Origin: Takakia lepidozioides
Lineage: Eukaryota; Plantae; Bryophyta
DNA length: 64,000 bases
Reading direction: 5' to 3'
Assembly (NCBI GenBank): GCA_030704615.1
Contig: CM060734.1
Location: 43,710,001-43,774,000, forward strand
Every line of letters starts with the position of its first letter. The first letter of the stretch is position 1. A program made the position numbers and the translations under genes. Under the pieces are notes generated by a model. That model made no database searches. It saw only the letters and a list, made by a program, of their open reading frames with translations, and was not told where the DNA came from. Below are positions 1-12,521 of the stretch, piece by piece.

Positions 1-983
1 GAATACCCTCATTGATACATATGCCAAACGTGGAAGTGTAAAGGGTGCCCATCAAGTGTTCGACAAAATGGGTAAACGAGATGTGGTATCATGGAGTGCG
101 ATGATTGCAGGACATGCCCAGAATGGATGTGGTAGGGAGGCCTCCAACTATTTAATCAGATGCAACAGAAAGGAGTGATGCCAAACGCTGTCACCTTCAA
201 TTCTGTTCTCTCTGCATGCAGCCATGTGGGTCTAGTGCATCACTACTTTGATTCCATGAGTCAAGATCATGGCCTCACACCTATGTTGGAGCATTTTGGC
301 TGCATGGTGGACCTTCTTGGCCGTGCAGGTCGATTGGATGAGGCACAGGACTTCATTAACAAAATGCCCATTGAACCAGATGCTTTGGTCTGGGGGTCCT
401 TGCTTGGTGCCTGCAGAATTCATGGCAATGTAGAGGTAGCAGAATGTGCCGTAAAATCCATTCTCAAGTGGAATCCACAGGACCCTGCAGCTTATGTGCT
501 GTTATCAAACATTTACGCTGCGGCTGGGAGGTGGGACGACAAATCAAAGGTCAGAAGAATGATGGAGGAGAGAGGTGTGAGAAAAGAGCCAGGGCACAGC
601 TGCATTGAGGTCTATGATCAGGTTCACGCATTTCTTTTGGAGGACATCTCCCATCCACAAATTGAGGGGATCCATGCGTAGCTGAAGAGATTGTCTGGCT
701 GGATGATGGAGGCTGGGTATGTGCCTGACACGCGCTTTGTATGGCATGATGTGGAGGAGGAGCAGAAGGAATTTTCTCTTTGCCACCACTGAGAATTGCT
801 TTCGGGCTGATCAGCACGCCCCCAGGAATGCCTATCCGTGTAATTAAGAACCTTCGAGTGTGCGGTGACTGCCACAATGCCACCAAGTTCATCTCAAAGA
901 TTGTTGGACGAGCAGTTGTGTTACGGGATTCCAACCGCTTTCACCACTTCCAAGAAGTTTGTTCTTGTGGAGACTACTGGTGA
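1..983 (+). pseudogene. PLS-class PPR-E-DYW pseudogene, 3' part (5' end lies outside the window); paralog of the gene at 8271-10515
   Basis: Translates to P2-L2-S2-E1-E2-DYW motifs ([37 protein letters not shown]...CSCGDYW). It has a frameshift near 145, an in-frame TAG at 679-681, and a deletion/frameshift around 785-795 that removes the HSEKLA deaminase motif. Closely similar to 9500-10515. Confidence 0.9.
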
Positions 984-1885
984 CACAAGCAACATGAGAT
1001 ATTGAAAGTGCGGCGTTTCAAATGTGAGGGCAATTCCTTCTAATCTTTGAAGGAGAATGCAACGGGTTCTGAAGGTACTGGGATTGCTTGATGTAGCTCC
1101 AACCCTTCAAAAGAGATTTTGTATATGGTTATGCAAGCTACCATTCAACCTGGTTTTGAAGTGCTCGGCACATTGATAATGGTGCCATTTAAATAATATG
1201 GAAGGTTAACCACCCAGCCATGAAGAAGATTGGGTTTGTTAATTGTCATTATGAGCCACTTTAGTTGGATCCAGTATCTGCAAACATGTCCCACAAATGT
1301 GGGTACGTTTTTCAGTCTCAGGTTGTGAGTTACTTCAGCTGATGTTCAATGGATCTCAGATCACTTTTTTTCTTTTATTTGTTCACCCAGGGGTCACTAT
1401 ATCCGTCTCTCATCTCAATGAGGTCATTTAAATCAATAGTGAGCTTTAAGGCCACATGTGGGAGTCTGTCATATCATTTAGCCATGGTGACATCATGGAT
1501 TTTCAGCAATGAACATGTTGCCTCACTGATGCCCTGACTTGAGCAATTGGGAGCTCCGCAACCTGTCAGGTTTGCGATCCCAAAAATAGCTTGCCATCAC
1601 TGGTGGAGAACTCTGAAAGAAACATAGTTTAGAAGTGTCTTGTTGACCGAAAGTCAGCAAGCCCGTGGATGTTTAAAGAGTAATGTTGAAGTTATGGGAG
1701 GTTGACAATGTAGAGCTCGTAGACAACTGTTTGCTCGGAGTCGAAAGGAAGATGACAACAATCCTTCCCTTTTAGCCTTTTAGGAGAATCACTGAACCTC
1801 GTGCTATCTGCCATAGTTGACCTTGGAAATTGATTGAGTGCACTTACAACTCGCTACCCTGATTTTGCTTGCCGTAGCCTGCATA

Positions 1886-1980
1886 GGATGTACTCATAAG
1901 ACATTGTTTGCCGTAGCCTTGTGGCTGTAGACCCCACGCCCAGTTTGGGCGGAACAAAGGAACTACCTTTGTGAGGGGCT
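1886..1980 (+). repeat. Copy of a dispersed ~100 bp repeat family (core GGATGTACTCATAAGACRTTGTTTGCCGTAGCCTTGTGGC...GACCCC.CGCCCAGTTT)
   Basis: Near-identical core recurs at 16563-16927 (three tandem copies) and inverted at 17980-18040. Confidence 0.8.
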
Positions 1981-4699
1981 CACTCCAGTAGTGTGACTTA
2001 CCTTGGTATAAACAATTAGTTTGGGCTTGCCAGATATCCTCTAGAAAACCCTTCACACTAGCATTGGTCTGCTGTGTGTGAGCAGCCCAAAAGGACGACC
2101 ACAGCAGGTCCAGGGCTTTAAAGGTAGCCTGTATAGAAAACATGAAGAGGAATCTGGTGCAAACTTTTGCCTCATTGTTCATGCTCGATTGTCCTTGCAT
2201 TCTGCAGACAACTCCGGTGTCACTAGGTTTTCCAGGATTTAACTGCTGCTGTTCACATTTGGGTGGTAACAATTACCATGGACCCTGGTGTGCTAACTTG
2301 ACAGACACAGTTGATCATTCCATGAATCAAGTCCCCATATCTAGAATCTCAAGTGAAATCAAACAAAATTGAAACTAGAGCAGCCGGGTAGGGGACAATA
2401 AATGGGGAGCACTATAATCTATACCGTGGGACCAAGAGAAGCTCCATTGACGTACCGACATGCATGGACAAAGTTGGGCCAAAGATATCACTGGCTTCAT
2501 GGCCACTTCTGCATATAATGTGAGCAAATTGAGGAACACATAGAATTATGGTGCAGCAATCCAGCCTCTTGGCTTCTCCAAGGTGCACATATTGCAACTC
2601 CTCTTTCCACACCTGGCTCACAAGCACATAGAGGTATTTCAGACAACTTATGCACAAGCGCATGTGACGTAGAAGGAATTGGAAGGCAGGAATTGGAAAG
2701 AACCTTAAGTTACAAATCTGTGCTGCAACTAACATTGGCTAAACAGAGGTCACGGGTGCTGGTGGAGTTTTCTTAACCTTGGATATTTAACACTAGAACT
2801 TCAGCTATGGACAAAATAATCTAACCAGATGTTCATTGCCTTCTGGAAGGAGGCTTCAAAACTTAACACCATCCTCAACCAGAGTTAATAATTTAGGATC
2901 GAATAGGTATATTACTGTTCCTAATCTTTCATGGCTGTGCATGCATTTCCGGTCATGAAGTCATGATAAACAGGAACCCGAGCAAATAACAGTTGGTACT
3001 GAAATAGGTGATCAATGCAATGTATAAATGTAGCTTGGAAGAATGGTATGCCCTTTCATGCAGGTGCCCCTGTATGCAAGAGTCTCTTACAACCTTACCC
3101 AATTGCATCAAACTCTATCACTCGTTTTCATTTGCGCTTCATCTACCAGGGTCACTACTTCCTGCCTCGTAGTTAGCTACTTGAAAATTTACTAAACGTT
3201 TGTGAATACTTAGGAAAAGATTTCCAACCGCGCCTTCATGTATTGGTATTGGAATGTTTTCAGGTCAGTGAAGTTGAACTTCCTGAAGCCATCCCCATGA
3301 TCCGTCCAACAAATGGTACACCAATTTTTTTGGTTTATCGCCCCTTTGAACAACACTAAGCAATTACCACACCCTGTTGCATTTTACCCACCAGCAACAA
3401 TCCGTAGAGTAATAAGAGGAGTTGTCATACACAGAGAAGAAAGCTTTCACACAAAGTATAAGGAAACTCTTCATTATCCAAGCTTCAACTAGCTGCCTTT
3501 CTCCTCCCTTTCTTGATCCAAGAGAGACAAGACCACATTGGTCTGACTACAGTCACATGGAGTGTCTCTGACGCTCACTAACACATGCAAAGCACATGCG
3601 ATGTTACCATAAACGTGAGTATCAATCATTCCAATGTTTGCAAAGAATATATATAAATCATCTGGTGTAAATACATGCATGCTCAGATGATGCCCATTGC
3701 TCTAGCTATCTCTGCAACCATACTCTGCAGTCATTTTCCTTCCTACATCCTGCTCTGATGTCCCTCCATATGGGTCTCCATTGCCACCATGGGTGTGCAC
3801 AAGGATATCCCATTTGCAGTGAAGATGAGAAATGAACTGTAGCAGAACTCCCATGAAGCTTTAAATTGGCTTAGATGACCAAAGTTCACAGCATACTGGA
3901 AAATACTCACTAACCTTCAGGTTTTGTCTGCCTGGAGTTGTGACACCCAGCCATCAGATGAAGATAAGAAAAGATGCAAAACCCCAAGTTGATCTTATAG
4001 ATAAGGAAATCTCAAAGCCAAGTAGACCAGATTCATAGCAGTGAATGATGGATACTGGTGGTATTTGCCAGAATAAGGCCTGTTGATGGAGCAGCTCGAA
4101 TCAGCTATCACTGCTGCACATGTAGTAGACTGAAAATACATTGAGCCATGCATTGGACCATGCAAGCTGTGCCTTGGTCACCACTGCATGTAGGAATGTT
4201 TCCGTGGTGCCTACGGTATTATCATTCAGGATACAAATTAGTGTTTCAACTCCACAACACATTTCAAAGGCACTTCACAAGACTTATTCTGAGATGAAAG
4301 TTAGATCCAGCCCATGTGAAGATCTCTCTCACAAGTGCACTCACTCTAGCTGGCACAGAGCTCAAGGCAGCCAGAAAATGGCAGCCAGAAATAGCAAGCT
4401 ACATGTCATGAAGAATTGCAATAGCCTGGGAAGGCTTCTGATGCATTCCAGCAGTCAATAGGGCAAGAAATGCACAAGTTTAACAGTGTAATCTAGCAAG
4501 CAAGGCATTAGATTCTTCACCCTTTGAGCCTGCTGCAAGATAGACATTGCTCTTGTGACAGCAAAAATCGTTTTGAACCAGATGCTGCTCCTTATAAGCC
4601 CACCATAACCTGCTCATTCTGCAATGCAAGCAGTTTCTGCCTTTCAGATGTGTCATAAGTGTACCTTATGCAATCCCAAATTGAATATTCCTTCCTACA

Positions 4700-4985
4700 G
4701 ATTTCCTAACCCAAAACAATTCGAGTATTCCCACCACCAGCAAAGACGGAGGGGGAGTCGAACCCCCTTCTCTGCCCCAGTGTGCAGACAGTCTCCCCCC
4801 CAAGCAGCCAAGCATCCCCCCAAGCAACAAGCATATCCCCCCAACAACAACCAACCCTCCCCCCCAAAATTCCCAAAATCTGCATCCCAAAGATTGCCAC
4901 CCCAACAACAAAATAAACCCCCAAAGAAGAAAAATGCATCCCCTGCACAATCCAGACATCCCAGCAGCAAACACATCCCAATGAC
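4700..4985. repeat. C/A-rich low-complexity degenerate tandem repeat
   Basis: Recurring CCCCCAA(G/C)CAAC-like units; this explains the overlapping Pro/Gln- and Gly-rich spurious ORFs. Confidence 0.6.
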
Positions 4986-5503
4986 AAAATTGAAAAAGAT
5001 GCGGGCATAGTCATAAGAGAATTTATCCTAGCATGTAACTCCCTATAATATTTTTTTTCTTATTTTTTTCCTTAAGAGGGTTACCTCTGATCTATTACGG
5101 TCATAAGTCATAAGCCTCTTGGCTTTGTAGAGTGTGTGCTTCATCGGATTGGTCTCGAGTTAGAGAAGCACTTGTTGTTGGGTTCTCTCAAGCACATGCC
5201 AACATCTTCCATCCCCCGATCTCACGCACAAATATAGTAGATATGTAGGGAGGCACGAGCATTTGCATCACTCTCCATCAACCAGTTCCAGAAAAGCAGC
5301 TGTCAGATCTGAAAGGAGAAGGCTGCTAGGTGAATGGTCTGCACATGGAGTACAGAAGATGGTGGTCAGCAATGTCAAGAAATTTGAGGTCCGTAAGAGC
5401 AGCACTGTGACAATCAGCTTGATGGGTGTACAGAGCTCCTTGTGAATTGTCAATCTCGATTTGCTTCAGTGTCCAGCTCCATGCCCAGTTAACAGACACA
5501 GGG

Positions 5504-8500
5504 ATGGTAGCGTGCTCTGGCGCTCTCCTGAGCGTCCAGGGAGAGGCGACAGCGAAGGCCCTGTCTTTGCCTTACGGTGATAGTGCGGGAGGCCTCTCAT
5601 CATGCAACAGATTAAGGGGTCAGGCTGTGGAACTGAAATGCGTGCCAACCTTGAAACTGCCGTGTCAGAGGCCCTTGCAAGTAAGGGCTTATATGATGCC
5701 TCCCGAGCCTCCAGGGACACCGAAGACAGGTTTGAACATGTAATTTTTTTCTGTAGTTTTTGCTTGTTTAGCTTGTTGCCATCCAGGCTCCAAACAATTC
5801 CCTTAAGAATAACAAGAAGATCTACACAATTTCGGTCGCAGACGTTTCCATTGTGGTCACGCACAGGGGTTTATAAGGATTGGGACCCTACTCGTCCTTC
5901 CATGAGCTTGTTTAGCCTCCGGTGGAATATGAGAGAAGTATCCACCAGGTTTTCTTTCAGGGTGGGGTTTCTGATTGGGCTCGCCCATGGCCGACGGAAA
6001 TGCTGCTGGAGGTGCAAGCACTCGAGCTCGTTCAGGAATATAGATGATTAGTTACCACTAGTATGACACAGATTGTGGTGGTCCTTGGAGCAGTGCGGAA
6101 CGACAATGTCAGTCACACTGTTGGATGATGAGGGAATAGAGAGATGTACCTCTTCACCAATTTTTGCACTGGTCAGTATGAAGTACCCTTGAGGACATAG
6201 TCCCACCGAGAATCAACCCTCCTGGAGCCAGTTGTACTACCCACCAGAGTATGCCATAATCTCGCAGAGCTGACCAAAATCCGGTTACAAGCTTGAATGG
6301 CTGGATTAGGCATTTTGCTAGAAAATACTATATCAGTGCTTGAGAAAGCACAGTGGGAGAGAGGATAGAATATTGTCGGTTCATTCCAAAAGTTGGCTGT
6401 GACATACCGTTGAGCTGGATACTGAACCCTACAGAGCCAGATTGGAGTATACGAGGCTCCGCCTGATTTTTCCCATGAGTCCGAGCATAGCTGAGGTACA
6501 GGGAGGTCAGTATTGCTTGATGTATGCACGAGCATTGACTTTACACCAGAGTATGAGGTCAATTCCGGCACTGCTTCCCTCTCTAGCTGGAAACAGATAT
6601 GACAGGTGGCTCTCTGAGGGGTTGCACTGTGGGTCATTGTTAAACAAGAAGGGCAGATTGGCGCAGAGAAACAGAGAATACGGAATGGTACTTTATAAGG
6701 TCTGCAGAAAGCTCAAAGAGCTTATGGGAAGGTAATCTGCCAAGTATTTCTGCTCCTCGTAATGGAATTCCTCTGTGAGAGATTGGGTATCATGGAATAG
6801 ACAATTGAATCTCCCATGAATCTCATAGCAGAAAGGGCAGTGAAAGAAGAAATGTTCTTCATTTTCCCTGTTTTTCCCAGGGCAAACGGAGAGTAGGTGG
6901 TCCCCACGTTGCAGGTTGTCCTACCTACCAGTCTCAACCTGTAGACTGTGGGAGCCCACCTTGGACCTCCCAAATGCCCTTAAAAGCGAGGGAGATAGAG
7001 CTGGAGACAATTGGGCTGCAAGATTCTATCGGCATGGAGGACCAAGAATGTCTCCCTGTAGGACTGCAGTTTTGTTGTAAGATTGGCTGGTTTCAGTGTC
7101 CACCTGATGTGAAGTTCCATACGTTCTTGTCTGATGCATCTATTGCTGTCCTGCTTGGACACAATTTCACCCCATCCATATTTTGTGGGAGTAAGGAATC
7201 AACAGAGTCCATTGTGCTCAAAAAAGTTGGACACCTGAGCATGCCAGGAGGTATTGAAACCGGCAGTTTTGAGCCTGATAGATGTTGTGAGGGCCCGGGC
7301 TGTCATCCCTTTGGGTGGAAGGGTTTGTAACCTTGTAAGAAAGATTGTAAGCCTGAATATGGCCTCCGTTTGAAGCGGTACGCATGCAAATTCCACACAT
7401 AGAATATGGATGGTGTTGTACCTCTAGCTGCAAGCATTCCTTGACAAGCATTCAACTGAAATCTGGGTGAGTGGTTGATGAGAAAGAGACAGTGGCTATC
7501 AGGAGCTGCTAAAACTCTGTTTTTTTTGTTTGCATGCAGGCCAGGAAATAAGCATAGAACGGCTCTGGCAGGAGTTCAGGAAAGATCGTTCACAGTGGTG
7601 GGACATTAGGGCTAATAAGGTAAGGTTTTCTCTTTGCCTCCAAATCATATCTACTTACTGAGGAAGAAGAGAGGGAATTGATGGTTTTTTCCTTAGTGAA
7701 GCTGATTTAGTGTATTTGCAAACTGGACATAGGTTTTAGTGGGTCTCATTGTTGGATCAGTCAGTTGTGAGTTCACAATCACATTTCAGTTGCTTCGTTA
7801 AAAGTTGGAGTATGTTGTTAAACTGATACCTGTGAAAAACTGGTCAATATGACAGCCATTGTTGGTCAGCTTCTAACCGGTTAGTCTCCACAGAAAAATC
7901 AAAGATCACCAGACTTCAAACATAAGCGTACAAAGCAGGTCCTTTGGCTTGACAGTCGGTTGAACCCCCCTTGGGTGAAAGCAGAGGTAGTTCCTTCGTT
8001 ACAAGGTCAAGCACAATCTGGAGATGGCTCTAATGCTAATGGAACCCCAGGCCGAGAAAACAACAGGTACTGTTTGCATATGTAAATAGATGATTAACAG
8101 AAATACAATCATGACGATGCAGGGGATTCAGTTGGAAAAGTTTTTTCTCAAAGAATATTTTCTGCATTTTGCAACAGAGGAAGCCCATCCTCATCAAGAG
8201 ATCTCTGTTTAAAAGTATGTAGGAGCTTAGGCATAATATGTGAGCTTGAGATGAAAGGTTCTTAATGCAGAAAAGCAGGGGTGAAGCAGGCACAGTTGGT
8301 TGTTGGACATAAGACTACTGGCAGGGCTGGCAACTTGCCCATGACCACTGCTTCTGCGATAGGACCAAAAAGGGGAGTGACCAAGAACTCTTTTGGAACT
8401 TCTGGGGATGTGAGGGCCCTATGTAAGGACGGAAAACTGAAAGAGGCGCTGCACATTTTGAACCAAAAAGCTATTCATGCAGAGCCCAACACTTATCAGA

Positions 8501-10515
8501 GTCTCCTGCAGGAGTGTATCAAAAGTAAAAACCTAGCAGCAGGAAAGCAGGTGCATGCCCACATTACCCAAAGTGGATTCAAGCCAGATATCTTTCTCCT
8601 CAGCACCCTTGTCAACATGTATGCCAAGTGTGGGGACGTTGTGGGGGCACGCAAAGTGTTTGACAAAATGGCTCAACGAGATCTGTTTACGTGGACAATA
8701 ATGATGGCAGGATATGCCAAGCATGGGCATGCTGAGGAGGCTTTCAAGATGTTTGAGCAAATGCAACAGGAAGGGGTGACGCCTGACATGTTCACATTCA
8801 TTTGCATTCTCAATGCGTGTGCCTCCCTAGGAACCCTGGAAAAGGCCAAGAAGGTTCATGCTGACATCATCAAATCTGGAATTGCATTACACATTAATTT
8901 GGAGACTGCCCTTGTTGACGTGTATGCTAAATGCGGTAGTATGACTGATGCCCGTCAAGTGTTTGATGATATGTCTAAACAAGATGCAGTCTCGTGGAGT
9001 GCAATGATCACAGGATATGCCCAGCATGGGTGTGGCAGGGAGGCTCTTGAGATATATGAGCAAATGCAAAGGGCAGCGGTAACACCCAACAGGGTCACAT
9101 TCATTTCAGTCCTCAATGCATGTGCCAGCCTGGGAGCCTTGGATAAGGGCAAAAAGGTCCATGCTTCCGTTATGAAGGCTGGAATTGTGGCTGACATCAA
9201 GTTGGAGACTACCCTTGTTGACATGTATGCCAAATGCGGGAGTGTGGAGGATGCAAAGCAAGTGTTTGACAAGATGACTAGACGAGATGTGGTCTCATGG
9301 AATGCATTGATTGGGGGATATGCTCAGCATGGGGGTGGTGAACAGGCTCTCCAAATCTATGTGCAAATGCAACAGGAAGGGGTTACTCCCAACAGGGTCA
9401 CATTCATCTGTGTTCTCAATGCGTGTGCGAGCTTAGGAGCCCTCGAAAAAGGCAAGCGGGTCCACACTGAGATCATGAAAGCTGGGATTGTGTCATATCT
9501 AAATTTGGACACTGCCCTTGTTAACATGTATGCCAAATGTGGGAGCATAAAAGATGCACGTAAAGTGTTTGACACAATGGCTGAACGAGATCTGGTCGCA
9601 TGGAATGCAATGATGGCCGCATATGCACAGCATGGAGGTGGTAGTGAGGTCCTCCGAGTATTTCAACAAATGCAACAACAAGGCTTGAAGCCAAATGGTA
9701 TCACCTTTATATTACTTCTCTCCGCATGTAGCCATGTAGGCTTAGTGGATGAAGGGTGTCACTACTTTGATTCCATGAGCGGAGATCATGGCCTCACACC
9801 TACAGTGGAGCATTTTGGCTGCATGGTGGACCTTCTTGGCCGTGCAGGGCGATTGGATGAGGCAGAGGACTTCATCAAGAAAATGCCCCTCAAAACTGAT
9901 GCTTCTGTATGGGGGGCGCTGCTCGGGGCCTCTAGAGTTCATGGTGATGTACAGCGAGCAGAATGCGCTGCCAAAGGCATTCTTGAGTGTGATCCTCATC
10001 ACCCTGGAGCTTATGTCATGCTATCAAACATCTATGCCGCTGCTGGCCGGTGGGATGATAAAGCAAATGTGAGAAGATTGATGGAGGAGAGAGGTGTCAA
10101 AAAGGAGCCAGGGCGCAGCTGCATTGAGATTGACAACCAGGTGCATACATTCCTTGTAGAAGATACCTTGCATCCACAAATTGAGGAAATACATGCTGAG
10201 CTGAAGAGACTCTCTGAGTGCATGAAGGAAGTTGGTTACGTGCCTGACACCAGCTTTGTATTGCATGATGTGGAGGAGGAGCAAAAGGAATTTTCCCTTG
10301 GGTACCACAGTGAGAAGCTAGCTATAGCTTTCGGGCTCATCAACACACCCCCTGGGATGCCTATCCACGTCATCAAGAATCTTAGGGTGTGTGGAGACTG
10401 CCACACTGCCACCAAGTTCATTTCAAAGATCGTTGGGCGAGAAATTGTTGTCAGAGATTCCAACCGCTTTCACCACTTCCAAGATGGCGTTTGTTCGTGT
10501 GGAGATTACTGGTGA
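5504..10515 (+). CDS. Organelle-targeted PLS-class PPR-E1-E2-DYW C-to-U RNA editing factor with an N-terminal OSB/PTAC9-type PDF motif; exons 5504-5729, 7540-7619, 7894-8066, 8271-10515
   Basis: All three introns are GT-AG and phase-compatible (1, 0, 2). Exon 1 resembles a transit peptide (..[10 protein letters not shown]..). Exons 2+3 give [21 protein letters not shown]|[28 protein letters not shown]. Exon 4 has ~14 P/L/S repeats, a PG box (KEPGRSCIE), HSEKLA, CGDCH and terminal DYW. Exon 4 is certain, exons 2-3 are well supported, exon 1 is the least certain. Confidence 0.88.
5850..7450 (-). mobile_element. Probable highly decayed LINE (L1-like) 3' fragment inside intron 1 of the PPR gene
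   Basis: Minus-strand patches resemble the post-RT zinc-finger region (SHCAF..TDI.., ..RLW.., FRRPWA). Many stops and no RT core visible. Confidence 0.35.
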
Positions 10516-12521
10516 AACAAGCTGTGAAGCATGAAGAAAGTGTGCCAGAAGGTTCTAATTTGTGACCACCTATCATAAGCAAGTTGGAAAGTTGAAGGAA
10601 CTTTCTGTCTTCGACTGCGACAGTCATTAAGCTGCCAATGGTTCACAATTCAGACCTGATTAACAAAATAGCCGCATTGAAGTTCCGGGAAGAGGAGTTT
10701 TCTACAGAATAAAATCCTTGAAATAGGGAGGTTCAAAGGTGCACTTGAAACAAGGTTGAACAAGGGGAATCCCCGGAGATTGAGGAAGACCGGGTAATGA
10801 TAGTTGATGTCTTTCGATTTCAATCCACCAGCCAATCGAGAGGATTGAGCTCACAATTTTGCAGTCATAGTGAAGTTTCGGATACTTATATTGGAAATGC
10901 CCTCCAGAGAGAAAGGGTATATATCAGAAAGGCTCTTCACGGTTGTCAGCTTATTGAGATTTTGCACACTATTCTTTTGTTGTTTACATACCACAGCAAG
11001 TGTGTGGACGCAAGTGTCTCAACCCAATGACATTGACAAATAACTTGCCGACTAACCTGGGGCGGAGAAGATTCAAACTATTTCTTAGCTCTGTAAATTA
11101 AATCCAAAGGTAATAAAAAATTCCAGAGGCTATACTCTTGTTAGTCTCTTCTGCTTGGCCAGCAGAGCTTCTTCAAGTAACATTGTTGACAAGATGAAAT
11201 AACAAGAGTAGATTAAATTTGGCAAGGGCCCCAAGATGTTTTCACAGTTGAGCACAAGTATCTCCTCCGCACTGTTTAGTCGTGGTCTCACCTCATTTTG
11301 TTAAAGCCTAGGCCTCGGTGTGATGCGCATTGAGCAGAATGCTCTTTGAATTCATCAGACCGCCAACAATCCTCATCTTTCTCATATCTACAGTGTCTAG
11401 AGGAACATGTCACATAATCAAACTGGTTCTTTCAACCAACTGATACCCAACTGCCAGAGTATATTGGGGGGTTTCTTGGATGTTGAAAAGAAAACCCCAC
11501 ACCATGTTGTATAGGTACTTACACAAATACAAATTTAGCTTAAGCGATACATCACATTATCGAGTCCAGACTAGACGACAACAAGCTCTTTACTGCACTG
11601 TATTACTGAGGATGAATGATTGAATGTGTCCTGCTCATTCATCCAATAAAATTGATGTGACGGAACGTGCGGCCTTGTTGGCCTATTTTTACTCGCGTCC
11701 TCTACGTATTCGTATCTTTGTCGCAAGTGTACATATGGTGTGCTTATTGCGTATTCCTAGGTGTATAGCCGAGGATACACTTTGAGGTCGGAGTTCGAAC
11801 ACTTGACAGCTGGAAAGCAACTCCCATCCTAAGATAATTGCCGGTCGTTTCGTCGCTTCATACTATTATCCTTTATTTTATTTTATTTTATGTTTCTGTT
11901 TGCTTGGCCCTGTACTAAAGCGACAAGGATATTCCTTGTTATACCCTTTCGGTAAGAAAAAAAAACAAACCTGAGGACAGAAGTTAGGTTTATCCAATAA
12001 CTGATATTTTTTTATGTAATTTAAAAGTTGAAGTTGAAGTTTTTCTGAAAATTCGGAAAATAACAGGAGTGGCTACTGAGTTTTGCAGGAAATAGCCATA
12101 TTTTCTGTTCATCCACTGAATCTTGGACAGAATCATCCCTCTCTGTACTTTCATCCAGGTATATCATCCATATTATGTGAATTCATCCAAGATTTATATC
12201 TTTTTTGGAGAAGTTTGGTGATATCATCCATGAGAAAATTGGGAATATACGACGGAATATTCGATTTCGATTTTGGAGATCGAAAAAGTGCGAAATTTCG
12301 CCAGAAATAAAAATGATTTAATCCTAGGAAAAAAAAACCTAGGGGTGTTTTTGTTTGTTTTTGTTTTTGTTTTTGAGGTGTTTCCTTTTAATTGAGGAAA
12401 AGAAGGGAAAAGAGTGAAGACTAAGTTCAAAGAAATGTTTTTAGTGGGACAGTGATGGAGGGCCTACAAAAGGTAGGTACTTAGTACCAACCTAGCATAT
12501 CCGTATACGTATACGCATACA

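Noticed and set aside
4624-5014. Overlapping Pro/Gln- and Gly-rich ORFs
   Set aside because: Artefacts of C/A low-complexity sequence.
8281-8283. GTG start of the 744-aa PPR ORF given by the ORF track
   Set aside because: A phase-compatible splice acceptor at 8270/8271 links this exon to upstream exons; a GTG start is unlikely for a plant nuclear gene.
11770-11805. Pol III B-box-like GAGTTCGAAC
   Set aside because: No convincing A box or tRNA fold; the isolated A-box-like strings at ~18703 and ~27456 were rejected for the same reason.
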